From Selaginella moellendorffii (Eukaryota; Plantae; Lycopodiophyta), in contig NW_003314290.1 in the NCBI RefSeq assembly GCF_000143415.4, forward strand, positions 1,602,454-1,666,453: a stretch of DNA of 64,000 nucleotides, given 5' to 3'. Of the stretch, positions 49,269 through 62,008 are shown in pieces; positions within the stretch are counted from its first letter, which is position 1; every line of letters starts with the position of its first letter. The translations under genes were made by a program, and so were the position numbers. A model generated the notes under the pieces. The model did not search any database. It saw nothing but the letters and a program-made list of their open reading frames with translations, and had not been told where the DNA came from.

Positions 49269-52200
49269 AACTCTGACAAACTAGTCTCGGACATCCATGA
49301 AGAATATGACAACTACACAACACCACCAGACACACCACCAGCAGGACCCTCAACAGCACCCATTGAAGTGCCCGAGCCTGACCAAACATTTGAGCAGTTG
49401 ACACAAACTACGCTCGAGCAACAAAACATTTTTCAAGCAGCATACAACCACTTCAAAGGTACATTCACCAACCCCATCTACAGTGACAACGAACGACCAA
49501 GTTTCCTGCCCAGCTTTACAGACTTCACCAGACTGGTACCATTTTCACCATACCAACCAATCTTCACAACACCGATATATCCCATATTTGCATCCAACTT
49601 CTACTGAAGCCTGCTATCAGCCAAACCTTTCGAACACGCTTTCAACTTTAACACACTGACAAGACAACAACTTGACTTCACCCACTATAGTCGCACTCCG
49701 ATATACCTAGTCAATAGCGGTAAAGACGAACAACCTGAATCATCCAATAGTCAAGCACTCGACGAAGAAGTCGACCACTCACACTGAGTTGATGAACAAC
49801 TATAATCATCCAACAACAATGAGGTTGACGAACCAATCGTCGACGACAATAATCTTCAACAGCAACCACAATCATCACACAACTATACACTCGAAGAACT
49901 CTTCGACAATCTAGAAGAACCACCACAACCAACACAACATAACTCTGACAAGTACTTTGACAACAAGTTCAACTAGCATCTTCCGAAAATCAACATTGAC
50001 AAGCAACCAAACACTGACGACACACTCGATAAAAGTCCCAAGAAAGAAGAAAAAACAGAGGAGAGTCCACTAAACAACAACAACAATTCACCAGCTCCCT
50101 CCTACACCAACTTTGCTGTCGACCCCGACAACCCCTTGCTCCAAATCACCTTCGGACTCCATGGTGAGAACCCAATAAAACAACCTTGACAATACCGACA
50201 TTACTACCAACAGCAAATGGCAGTCACTACTGCCGTAGCCAACATACCCGTCAGAAGACATGTCTCCTATCCACTATTTCATGGTCTGAAGTTGGAAGAC
50301 ACCAAGAAACATGTTGAACAGTTCTAAGAAGCAATCTGTATCAACGGCCACACAACCGAACTCCCATACTACTTCCGATGTACCCTTCGAAAGTGAGCCA
50401 ACGAATGGGCTCAAATGCTTCCTCAAAATACAAGTTTCGATGACCTCACACTCAAGCTCATTGACCGATTCAAGTCTTCCCTCACTCAAAGCCAACAACT
50501 TCACAAGATCCCAAAACTCAAGTAGAAGTCTGGTCAATCCATTGATGACTACACTCAAACCTTCACTCGACATGCCAGCAAATGCAGCAACAGTGCCACT
50601 GAAACTTTACTTTACCAATGGTACATGCAAGGCCTCCAATAATCCTTCCAAAAAGCTGCAATACACATCAATGTCACCACTTACCTCAAACTCGCAAGAG
50701 CCCTTCAAGATGTTCAAGCTCGACAAATGACAGCACAAGTCGACGACATAGACAACTCAGATTCTGACAGCAGTTCTGACGATGACTCCAATGATGAACT
50801 TGGAGAGAGCGCCAAGTCAAAACTTTGGAAACTCAGGAAAACAATCGACAAGATCAAGGGAAAAGCCAAGGCTGACATCAAAGAATTTCAATCTGGAATT
50901 TGGTGTACTAGCAAGAATGAAGGACATCTGGCAAGTGACTGCAAACTCCAAATCTCCAAATGCCAGATCTGTGCCAAAGGTGGTCATGACGCCAAGACTT
51001 GCAGATTTCAAAATTCTCCGAAAGTTTGATAAATCTTGAACTATCCCTGACAGCAATTTCAACAACCATATCCAAATCAATACTTTGACAACTACTTGAC
51101 ACCACCTTTGATAAATTGGAGAACACCAAGAAACAACTTCCAACAGTAGAGTCAACAATGGAAAGATCAACCTTGCTACAACAACTACAACAACAATTAC
51201 AACAACGACTACAACAACAACTACAATGATTGACAATACCCGCCAAACCGAAACTATGCAGCAAACCAAGACAACTACAACCTAGGATACCAACAATACT
51301 CAAGATACCAGAACCGACAATACCAAGGTCAAGGTTATCAAAACCAAGGCTACCAAGGCAACTACAACAACCGGCCATGGCAACCTCAACTTCAAAACCA
51401 AGGAGGTCCGTCGAGACTTGGTCCACCACCTCCTTGACAACAAGATCAAAACCAGCAGCGACCACCAACAACAAGGATGGTCAAGACTGACAAACTACCT
51501 TATGCTGATAATTACAACTCCGATCCTCAAGTCATGGCAGTACAAACTCGAGAGCAAAAAAACAACAACAACCGAATAGAGATTCTGAAGATAGTGAAGA
51601 GAAGGGCCCACAAAACTCCGGGAATGGAAAAAGAAGTAGAAGATAGCCGCCAAGATACAATGGCAACTCACTCTACAACCATCCAAATTAGTGATTTTAC
51701 ACTCCGACAATGAAGCTCAACCATCACTAGCTAAACAACAATGCCAAGACTCAATATCAGAAAACCGACAGACAAATTGTTTGACATTGACACTAACACC
51801 GACACTGGCACACAATTCAACAAACTTCAAGGAAATACAAGAAGTAGCAGAGACTATCCTTCACCAAAATATTTAGATCACCATTGGCCAACTGCTGAAG
51901 ATTGCACCCTACCTCACTAAACAACTCACCGATCTGACATCTGCATTGAACAACGCTCTAACAGACTCACCCAAACTCAACCCGACATGGACAGTTGTCA
52001 ACACTCGAACCGAGATTCAACCAGGCAATTGCAATAATGATGTTCCGACAATCGACCTACAACTTGATAAACACCTTGTTTCCAGAGCCATAATTGATGG
52101 CGGCTCCAATGTCAATATTATTGAAGAGAGTCTTGTTCACCAACTCAACATCAGCCTAGTCCACCGAACACCTTTCAACATCCGAATGGCCAACCACCAA

Positions 52201-55200
52201 TCTGTTCAACCCAAAGGCATCATCCAAAAAGTCAACACTAGCATTCAAGGCATTGAAATACTAGTTAACTATGTTGTCCTCAAACTACTGGAGCAGAGTG
52301 ATGGATACTCGATTCTCCTTGGTCGACCTTGGCTCTAAAGTGCCCAAGTTTATCAAGACTGGCCCAACAACAATCTTATCCTTCGAGGACCAGACGGACC
52401 GACAACCATGTCGACAAAAGCAACCAAATCACTATCCAATCACAACCGACTTATCAACTTGGAAGAATATAATATCTCAAAGATGGCCTCAACGACTATG
52501 AAGAACAACAAATCCTCAAAGCCTACCCTGATTTTGAACCTTTGGCTAAGATTGACCTTTTCCGAATCGTCACCGACTTCCATCGAGAATGACTACCAAT
52601 TACATTAGCACTGAAAAATCCAGTCACTCAAAAATACAAAACTCAAAGCGCCACCAGCATTCATAGTCGACAACCAAAACAAAGTTGCCTACATTCTGAC
52701 AATTCCAGCCAATCAAAAACTCGAAAAAGTCAGCCTTGCTGATGATGGCAACAAACACTTTGTACTTGCCACTGACATCTCAGCAAGTTTTCGAGACAAA
52801 GGCATCAAACTTCTCCAAAAGAAGAAACACTTGTTCACTTAGAGTTACCAAGACCTTAAGGGAGTTTCACCGAAACTCAACCTTCACACCATTAACCTTC
52901 TTCCGAACTCAAAACTGAGAAGACAAGCAGCCTACCGGATGAATCTGAATCTGATGGAACAAGTCAAGAAAGAACTCAACAAGCTTCTCCAAGTTGAGTA
53001 CATCTACCCAATTCAGAATCCAATTTGGCTTTCACCACTGGTGGTTGTGCCGAAGAAAAACGGCAAACTTCAAATCTATGTCAACTATAAACATCTCAAT
53101 GACGCCACCAAAAAATATGTCTTCCCGATACCATTTACCAACGAAGTTCTTGACGCAGTCACCGGACACGAGATGTACTCCTTCCTCCGGCTACAACCAA
53201 ATCCACATTGCTGAAGAAGATCAGCACAAGACAGCATTTATCAGTCCATGGGGAGCCTATGCTTACCGATGAATGCTTTTTGGACTCTGCAACGCCCCGT
53301 TTACCTTCCAAAGACTCGTCACCAACACGTTCCGAGACTACCTCACCGACTTCATGAGAGTCTTCATGGACGACTTCAGCATCTTCAGTTTAGAAGATTG
53401 ACATCTTGAATGCCTCGAGAAATGTCTCGACAAGTGCAAGGAGCACAACATAGCACTCAACCCCGACAAATGTGCTTTCTTTGTCAAATCTGGAGTACTT
53501 CTCAGCCATGTTGTCTGCAAAGATGGCATTCTCATCGACAAGGACAAAGTTGACGTCATCTCCAAACTCAAACCGCCGAAGAATCAGAAAGAACTTCGAC
53601 GCTTCCTCGGCAAAGTCGGATATCACTGACGCTTCATCCACAAGTATGCTCACTTTGCCAACCACTCACAGACGGACCGAAGCAAGATACCCAATGGACA
53701 TGGACAATTGAACAGCAACAAGCATTCAACAATCTCCGACTCAAACTCACAACAGCACCGATCCTTGCCAAACCCGACTGGACACAAGAGTTCCACATTC
53801 ATGTCGACACTTCCGATGTTGCCACTGGCGCAATTCTTAGCCAAACTCAGCATGACAACCAAGATCAACCAATCTACTACACCAGCCAACTACTCAACCC
53901 AGCTGAACGAAACTACACTACCATCGAGAAAGAAGCTCTCAGCATGGTCTACTCACTCCAGAAGTTCCGACACTACATACTATCAACCAAAGTTGTCCTT
54001 TTTGTCGACCACAAGGCACTCCTTTACCTCATCAACAAGCCGATACTATCTAGTCAAATATCAAGATGGTTCCTTTTACTACAAGAATACAACTTCAAAA
54101 TTGTCCACAAACCCAGAAAAAATCATGAGCAAGCAGACTATCTCAGCCAGATCACCATTGGCAACAAACCCAAAAGACTCACCGATGACTTACTCGACTC
54201 AAACCTATTCCAAATTTCAATACCAACAACCTAGCTCAAAGACGTCTTCAGTTACCTGAACTTAGCAAAAGTTCCAGATCAGTACACCACATCTGACCAA
54301 AAGAAGCTTTTGTCGCTAAGACCCGTCGATACTCAATCATCAGGGGCAGTCTCTACAAACTTGGCATCAACAACATTCTTCGCTGATGCATCCAATTGCC
54401 AAGCACAACTCAAATCATCAAGGAAGCTCACGCTGGACCTTCTGGCGGACACTTCACTGCCGACACCACAACTCGGAAGATTCTTCAAGCCGACCTTTGG
54501 TGGCTGACACTCTGGCACGACACCAAAGAATTCTGCAAACGCTGTGACACATGTCAATGACACTGATTACTGCCGAAAACTCAGACTCAACAACTCAACT
54601 CAACATTCTCGATGGCACCATTTCAGAAATGGGGACCCAACTTTGTCAGACCCCAAGTCAGTACCCGTCAACGAAATCAGTACATCGTTGTTGCCACTAA
54701 TTACACTACCAAGTGGGCTGAAGCAATTCCTCTCCAATACACCATAGCGAAAGCAACAGCAACCTTCATCTACGAAAATATCATCATTCATTTCGGCACA
54801 CCACTCAAACTCGTCACCAATAGAGGTACCCACTTCATCAACAAAACAATTGAACATCTCGCCACCGAGTTCAAAATCCGACACAAAACGTCGACACCAT
54901 ACTATCCTCAAGGTAATGGTCAAGCAGAAGCAACGAACAAAACACTGAAGCATCCTCAAAAAAGTCATCAACGATTCAGACAAAGACTGGGATGAAAAAC
55001 TTCTTAACGTACTTTGGGCCTATCGAACTGTGTATAAAGTCACCACCGACATGATGCCATTCAAACTCACCTTTGGAACAGAAGCCAATTGAATTCATCG
55101 TCCCAAGCATGCGAGTCACCATCAAGTATAATCTCAATACCCAACATGCAATTTGAGAAAGGCTTCAGCAACTCAAATGTCTCAACGAACTTTGACTCAA

Positions 55201-55445
55201 CGCCCTCTAGACACTTCACGCCATCCAAAAACAGAGAAAAGCTCGGCACGAATGACAAGCATCCCGAAACAACATTCCGAAATACAGCGTTGATGATCAT
55301 GTTCTCTGGTACCAGGGACCCATTGGCAAACTTGGCTGAAAACTCCACACCAACTGGCAAGGACCTTTCAAAATCATTACACTCTACCCCAACGGCACTA
55401 CCAAAGTCAGCACACTTGCCAAAGACTTCACTGAGATAGTAAACC

Positions 55446-56593
55446 TGTAGCGCACGTGGTTTTGACCCTTTATCCTATGGTGATTTACCATAGGATAACA
55501 CCACGAAGCGGAACCTAAACCCTCTTTGTGCCACGTGACAGATGCCACGTGTCACATGCCACGTGTCCATGCCACGTGTCCACAGGAACCCAAGGTTCAG
55601 GGCCTTGGGCCACTGAACGAAGGAACGGTGCCAAACTCCCAAGCACGAAGCCAAGGAGTGACGGAACCGAACCACGGAACAACTCCCGAGCATAAAGCCC
55701 AAGGAGCGAAGGGACAGGAGCCCGGAGCAACTTGGAACAGTCTTGGAGCAACCAACATCCCAATGCCAGGACCAGCACACAAAACGGAGCCAAACAGAGT
55801 CTGGCGCTATTTCGGCATACCGGTGGCCTAACGTGAGGACATGGGTACTCCACCAACTAGCATGGAATGGAACTTGGGCTTAGACCCAAGCCGGACGCAG
55901 AACAAGGACAGGCACGCAAGCGGGAGCTAGACTATGCCTCAGGTTGGTCGGCCATGCCCGACCTACCCACTATCCCTACTATACATTTGGAACCCCCCAC
56001 AGCCCCCCCCCCCTTGAGGAACACACGCTTTGGGCTTTCACCCCAAGCCTCCCTTAGTATCAGGAGTTAGTCTCTGGGACAAGCTCGAAACTTACTAAAT
56101 ATGGAATGTCCTTAGATTGCGAATTTGGACACGGGACGAACACCATTGTGTTCAGGCCGATCTCTACATTCCGTAGATATGCCAAATGAGCAAATCTGGA
56201 CACTTTCCATAAATAGCATTTGGGACCGAAATGAGACTAACACAAAGGGCATGATAGCGAGGGTGTTTGGCAGACACGGTAAGCTATCATCCAGCGATAT
56301 TGAGGGACCAATCTCAATACGCGAGGGTTCTTGTCAAGCCAGTGCAAGACAGAGCAAAAGAGAACTAACAAGCCGGGCCAAGTATGCTCAGCTAAATAGA
56401 CACTTAGGAATTCCTTCCTTATGCTCATCCGGCCAAGTACAGATGCAAAGTCCAGTTTACTAACACTTGAACAAGAAGGGCCAATAAAGGGAACCAGCAG
56501 TACCGACCTCCTGCCATCGTGGCAGTAAGGTAAGGGTGTCCGTAAGGACTAGTCGACAGGTAACTTTCGATACCCGAAGTCACATGCGCGACA
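55446..56593. mobile_element. Solo LTR of a second retrotransposon family inserted in the gypsy integrase
   Basis: TGTAGCGCACGTGG...CACATGCGCGACA termini (TG..CA, imperfect inverted repeat), AAACC TSD at 55441-55445 and 56594-56598. Removing it restores the integrase tail EIVNLNKLRPYH. Confidence 0.88.
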
Positions 56594-57335
56594 AAACCTC
56601 AACAAGCTTCGACCATATCACGTCCACATGTTCAGCATCACCACCTCAGCAAGTTTCCAACCCAAACCAACAAACACCCCGAAACCAACAGTAGACAATC
56701 ACCCCAACAGACAAACTTCAACTCAACTCAGTTCAACACACCTCAACTCGACTGAACATGAACTTGCCCACCAACTTCAGCAACAAACCGCAGCAAAAAT
56801 CTCTAAGTCCAAAGCTACCATTGGATCAACGCCACCTCATCAGATCTCAACAGTTGAACTTAAGTTAACTTCATCACCAATCTCCACCATTGATCTTTCA
56901 TTAAGACAAGTCAAACAAGCTCAATTCAATCAACAAATCTAGACCATTCATCACCAGCAATTGAGTGCCACACAATTAGCCAACCAACTTAACAGGGAAA
57001 ACACTTTGATCACAGAAAATGAAGAGAAAGATGCAAGTTTATCCACCTTGCCGTCACAGGACCATGGATTCGAGCTCCTCCACAAGGCCTTTTCGACACA
57101 CTCTGACCAAGAGCTGGCGAGGAAGTTGGCTGCCTCCTTCAACCCCAAGAACAGCACCATAACCGACGGCACCAACAAGATCACCCTCAACCCAGCAAGA
57201 ATCGCTTCTGTTTTCAAAATCTCCAACAAGGGTTTGCTCCAATTCTTAGGAGAAGTTCCACAGCAAATCATCAAGGCGAATCGAGAGACTACATTCACAC
57301 CGAGGACGGTGTCTAGTTCTGTCAGGGGAGTAGAG

Positions 57336-57631
57336 TGTATCAACCAAAAACCCAGGCTCATGGGACTCCAACCCTTAGTGAGAAAAACAAAGGAGAAAAG
57401 GGCCCAATTTCCAAGGGCTGAGAAGAAAGACGAGTGAATGAATGTTGTGTATTGATATGAAAATGATGAATGGAAATGGGGATCCACAATTCAGATTCCC
57501 CCCCTTGGCAGTTCAAACTGCCAGCATATGCTAATGAATAGTATATGCTGTGCATGATCCAATCTATGGCTCCAATGCAGCCTTGGGTTCGCCGTAGATA
57601 TCCAGCGAAGAGGAGTTTTCACACCTCTTCA
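57336..57631 (+). repeat. 3' LTR (296 bp)
   Basis: Starts TGTATCAACC right after the polypurine tract and ends CTCTTCA before the TSD. Confidence 0.85.
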
Positions 57632-58368
57632 GAAGGAGAGGAGATGGCCACAAAGTGCGAGAGAAGTGGTTGTGAGTGGGAGAGGAGTGGCCACAAGTGA
57701 AAGAGGAGATGGTTGCCCATATGCTACACAATAGTGAAAGAGGGAAAGAAGATGGATGTTGAAGTGGGAGAGGAGTGGTTGCAAAAGAGAGAGGAGATGG
57801 CCATTGTAAATGGAGAGGAGTAGTTGTGTTTGGAAGAGGAATGGCTATATGAATGGGAGGAGTGGCTTGCAACACACATACAAAAGGCCAAAAAGGGAAA
57901 TGAAAATGCTAGCAATTAGAACTCAATCAAATAGTCATTCCCAAAACCTTACCCTAAAGCATGTTGGTGTTGTCTTGTGCCTAATTTTGATTAAAAATTC
58001 TAATCACATTATTAATCATTTATTAGTATTGTTATATAAAATTTATATAAATATAAATATATAGTATTTGTACAATGTCACAAAACTTTATATAAAGTAG
58101 TATTCAACCATATTGGAGGTGGAGAATAACATATTTTTCAAGCTTGGTATGCATCACAACATTCATTTCTAGCTAAGTTTCTAAGCTCAAATGTGAACCA
58201 TCACTTAACCAACTTATGTTGTTGGAAAGAAGATGTCTGTGGTGATCACATATCTAGATTGGCTACTAAATTAATTCCCATAGCACATTGTATTCAAAGT
58301 GTTTAAAATTAATCCTCTCTCTCTCTAATATCAATTACAGTATTCTATTCTATTCTTTAACACCTCCT

Positions 58369-59496
58369 TTAAACAAGTGGTATATTCATAAATGTTTTAT
58401 TTGAGCTCAAATCTTCAAACCAAATTTGCTTCCACTGCCTGTTAATCCATTCCATGAGTTTATACCACCTCATTGGCTTTAACAATCCTATGTATAGTTT
58501 GTCATCCCAGGCTTTAATAGAGTACTTCAATTTACTAGCGTTAGTAATATCATCTATTCCTCCCAAGCATGCAATCTCTTCCTCTCCATCCCCCATCACT
58601 TTGTAAAGCCTGAGAAGCCCAGGATCATACCTAGCAACTACAAAGCCATCATGCCAGCTCTCAAGTTTAACATGTTCTGGTGCACAATGGATAATTTCAT
58701 TGCAGACCCTTGAAACGTCCACAAACCTTCCATCATCTTTATACATGACCACTCCTGATCCAGACTTCAATGCATAGCATTCCCCTCCATGGGAAATTGA
58801 ACTGTTAATGTAATATTTTTCAGCAAAATCAACCTCCTCCCATTTGTAAGTACCAGAGTCAAACACAAAAACGGAATTACATATACAAAACCCAGCTGTT
58901 GAAATCATTGGTACAACAATTCTGTAATGCCGTAAGTCATCCCTATCAATCAGTATGGAGATCCCTCCCGGACATTGCTTCCGAGTTTCAAAAGTTGGCA
59001 AGGCCTTTATGTGCTCTACTATGGGATCACATAAGACTACCATCCATTCTGCCTGGGATCCTTCCCATCTTGCAAATATGAAGCAACCCAGATTAATATC
59101 GTGATCGTATGCAGCACAGTTTTCAAAAGTAAAACGATTCTGCTTAAGTATGGTGGAAGTTTGATGTTCTGGGGCAGCGCTTTGTCTTGATGCAAAATCC
59201 ACCACAAACTCTAGTGATATATTCTTTTGAGATAAATTCCCATGATCTGATGTAACAAGACAAAGATGAATGGAATTTTTGAGTTCTTGCTTTGAGATAC
59301 GGAGATCATAATACATTTCAGAGTATGTGAGGCTCCCTTGGATCTGGCACAACCCTTTTTTAAGAGATTCACGCCTTTCTCTTCGAATTACACGTACACA
59401 TGCAGCCCATTCTCTTGAAACTAGATTAGCCGCAGTCAAATCTTGACCTGAAAGCTTTGAAACTATCTGCTTCAGTACATCCCCAAACATATCCAT
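58369..59496 (-). CDS. Single-exon F-box-like protein with beta-rich C-terminal region
   Basis: N-terminal DVLKQIVSKLSGQDLTAANLVSREW fits the F-box consensus; later VVLCDPI.....LP and VFDSGTYKWE resemble F-box-associated domains. Confidence 0.7.
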   Translation of the reverse strand: MDMFGDVLKQIVSKLSGQDLTAANLVSREWAACVRVIRRERRESLKKGLCQIQGSLTYSEMYYDLRISKQELKNSIHLCLVTSDHGNLSQKNISLEFVVDFASRQSAAPEHQTSTILKQNRFTFENCAAYDHDINLGCFIFARWEGSQAEWMVVLCDPIVEHIKALPTFETRKQCPGGISILIDRDDLRHYRIVVPMISTAGFCICNSVFVFDSGTYKWEEVDFAEKYYINSSISHGGECYALKSGSGVVMYKDDGRFVDVSRVCNEIIHCAPEHVKLESWHDGFVVARYDPGLLRLYKVMGDGEEEIACLGGIDDITNASKLKYSIKAWDDKLYIGLLKPMRWYKLMEWINRQWKQIWFEDLSSNKTFMNIPLV

Positions 59497-61013
59497 CGTC
59501 AAGATACCTAGCTCACTAATGTCTATATATAGATGTTTCTAAAGGGCTTTGAGAATATTCAATCTTTTATGCTTTTTTCTTAAAATCGTTGTTCGTTTAC
59601 GCTACATACCAGACAACGATGATCTTTGGAAAGTAGTGGCCTCTTTCCCACAAGAAGCTCCAGCATAATTGCATTAGCATTGTATTTCTGGGTGGTGTTA
59701 TTGTTAGCTAAATACAATTTCCCATCGCTTCTCAGGTTATGCTGATGGGTGATAGCGTGATAGCAAGACGAAATTCTCTAGCCACTGGTTTCTGGCAGTT
59801 GATACCGCATAAAACCGTTATGCACGTATTAGCTTGAGCCAGCCAGGTTTAATCATCACGCCTTTAGGACAACGTGAAACGTAGAGTTCTCCTCGCGCTC
59901 CCTCTCCGCCTCTCGCAAGCCCTCCATTCCTTCTCCATGGCAGCAATTTTTCTCAAGCAAGGCACCAAGAACGACGTGTATGCAGTCCCGGCAATCCATG
60001 TCGCGATCAAGATTCCCACGAACAGCCACGGGAATCTGCAGGAGGAGTTCGAGATCCATACCAGGGTCAGGGTGTAGCACACAAGGCAGCAAGAAAGAGA
60101 GAGGGAGGAGAGCTAGAGGGAGAGGGCCTTCGAGTTGTCAAGCCGAAAGTATTTGTGGCGATCATCGGTGAGCCAGCGGCTGGGCAGAATGAAATCTCGG
60201 CTCCTCTCATCGCCCTCAACCCAGCGCTGGCTGCCAAACCGGCGTTCGTGATCGAGCTTCTCCACCCGCCCAAGTCGTCTCCTTGCCTCATCAAAGTGCG
60301 CATGACGGACAAGGGATTCCGTCGACTCGAAGGCCAGGGACACAACACGCATGCGATCTGTACCGAGATCGGCTTCTTTTACGCCGTCTTGCTGCTCAGC
60401 CTGGGCCTGAACGGTAAAGACTGTGAATTTTTTGTGACAAGCCAGGGGTTGCGAGTGATCGATTTGGATCTCGTTGCTCCTCACGATGGCAAGCATTCTT
60501 GCCATGGTAAATGCGATCACCAATCAGAAAATGGGTTTCGCCGCTCGGAGGGACTTATGGGAGGGTTTCACGTCCGGGTTTCTTCTTACTGGGCGATAGC
60601 CAATTCAGCCATAGAGGCCACCCAGAAGGCCTTTGGGTTTTAACGATCGGGTGTTTTAGAGCTACATTTCAAATGCTTTATACCTTTGAGTAATTCGCTC
60701 TTCTGGTTCTAAATCTTCCAATCTCCGTTGTTTAGACTAGCGCACAAAATGGTGTCGTTGCTTCTCGTAAGTTAGAGGAAATGTACGCCAGGCCTGGAAC
60801 GTAGAGATTCATGCGGGGCTTGCAAGGCTTGAATCGATTGACTTGCGGCACCAAACACTATTAAATCGTGGTCAACAATTGGTTCATCTTTTTCAGAGAT
60901 AACAGTGGGAGAAGAAGAATCGAAACATAGAAAAATTACGATAATAAGTTACTTTTCCAAGTTAACCCTATTTTGAGTAAAGGTGAAAAGAGTTTTAGGG
61001 TTCTTGGCAGCCG

Positions 61014-61816
61014 ATGAAGAAGGTACGACCGGGTCTCTACATTGGCAACCAGTTTGACGCATTCTACTTCCTTACTGGTAAGCACAGGGGCGTCACTCAC
61101 ATCCTTTCGGTGGTGCCCCTATGCCCAGGCCACGAATTCTCCACGCCCCTGGGGCCTCCAAGGGATAACGCCATCCTCTACAAGATCGCCGCTGAGCTTG
61201 ACACCAAGCGCGCCGAGTTTGATGGAGCTATCGTCAGGAAAGTGATCCCAGTGGAGGATAGCCACGACGAAAATCTGCTGGAGCACCTCGAGGACGCGCT
61301 CAAGTTCATCGACGAGGGCGTGAACAAGGGGATCGTGCTGGTACACTGTGGTGGTGGTATCTCCCGCAGGTAACTCCAAACTTCTCTCTCTCTCTCCCTC
61401 TCAGTTTTTTTAATTTTTGCGCTTTCGGTTCTTGCAGTGCATCCGTGGTGATTGCGTACCTTATGTGGAAAGAGAAGCTCTCGGCCAGTGGTTAGTTTTC
61501 GTGAGCCCATACTTAAGTTTTGAGATCTATGCTGTTTGTAGAGGCGTTGGCGTCGCTCAGGAAGTGCAGCCCGACTGTGAAGCCAAACAGTGGATTCATG
61601 AAGCAGGTGAAAAAATATAAAAAATAAAAAATCTCGGCAATGTTTTGCTTACTTGTTATTTATTTTATTTTTTTGCAGTTGCAGGTGTTTGAGTCGTCTG
61701 GTTGCGTGGTCCGGGTGCATGGCAAAAAGGAGCACAAGCGAAGGACAAAGGCGATGAAAACCTGCAGGATATGCAATCGAGTGGCACCAAGTGAAGAGTT
61801 CCTTATATGCCCCTAG
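61014..61816 (+). CDS. Dual-specificity protein phosphatase (YVH1/DUSP12-like, short C-terminus), 4 exons
   Basis: VRPGLYIGN, VTHILSV, EDSHDENLLEHLEDALKFID, catalytic VLVHCGGGISR|SASVVIAYLM, PNSGFMKQL. Confidence 0.88.
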
Positions 61817-62008
61817 TGGTTTTCTCCAGCGTTAGCTTTGGAGTATCAACGCTTTGCAGATAACGTTTGCTCGCTCCAGTTCTCGTAGCTCTAGTAATCG
61901 TTGGCGTGAATGAACAAATACTCTCGAGCGAGCTCCCCTAGACATTTTGAAAAAACTTCAAACTCATTCCAAAACTTCGCACCGCGTCTGTACACTTGCA
62001 AGGACGTG

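Larger units (their letters stand above)
49058..57631 (+). mobile_element. Degenerate Ty3/gypsy LTR retrotransposon with 5-bp TSD GAAGG
   Basis: TG..CA termini flanked by GAAGG (49053-49057, 57632-57636). Gag Zn knuckle CQICAKGGHDAKTC (about 50960), protease IIDGGSNVN (about 52090), RT SPLVVVPKKNGK and FMDD (about 53365), RNase H NYTTIEKEAL, integrase PFQKWG and YYPQGNGQAEATNK, in PR-RT-RH-IN order. PPT AGGGGAGTAGAG before 57336. Many stops and frameshifts. Confidence 0.92.

Noticed and set aside
50817-51474. Val/Cys-rich hydrophobic minus-strand ORFs
   Set aside because: Antisense reading of the ACA/CAA-rich low-complexity gag region.
49058-57631. DIRS-type element suggested by inverted terminal repeats
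   Set aside because: It has a DDE integrase, protease, PPT, TG..CA ends and a 5-bp TSD, and no tyrosine recombinase.
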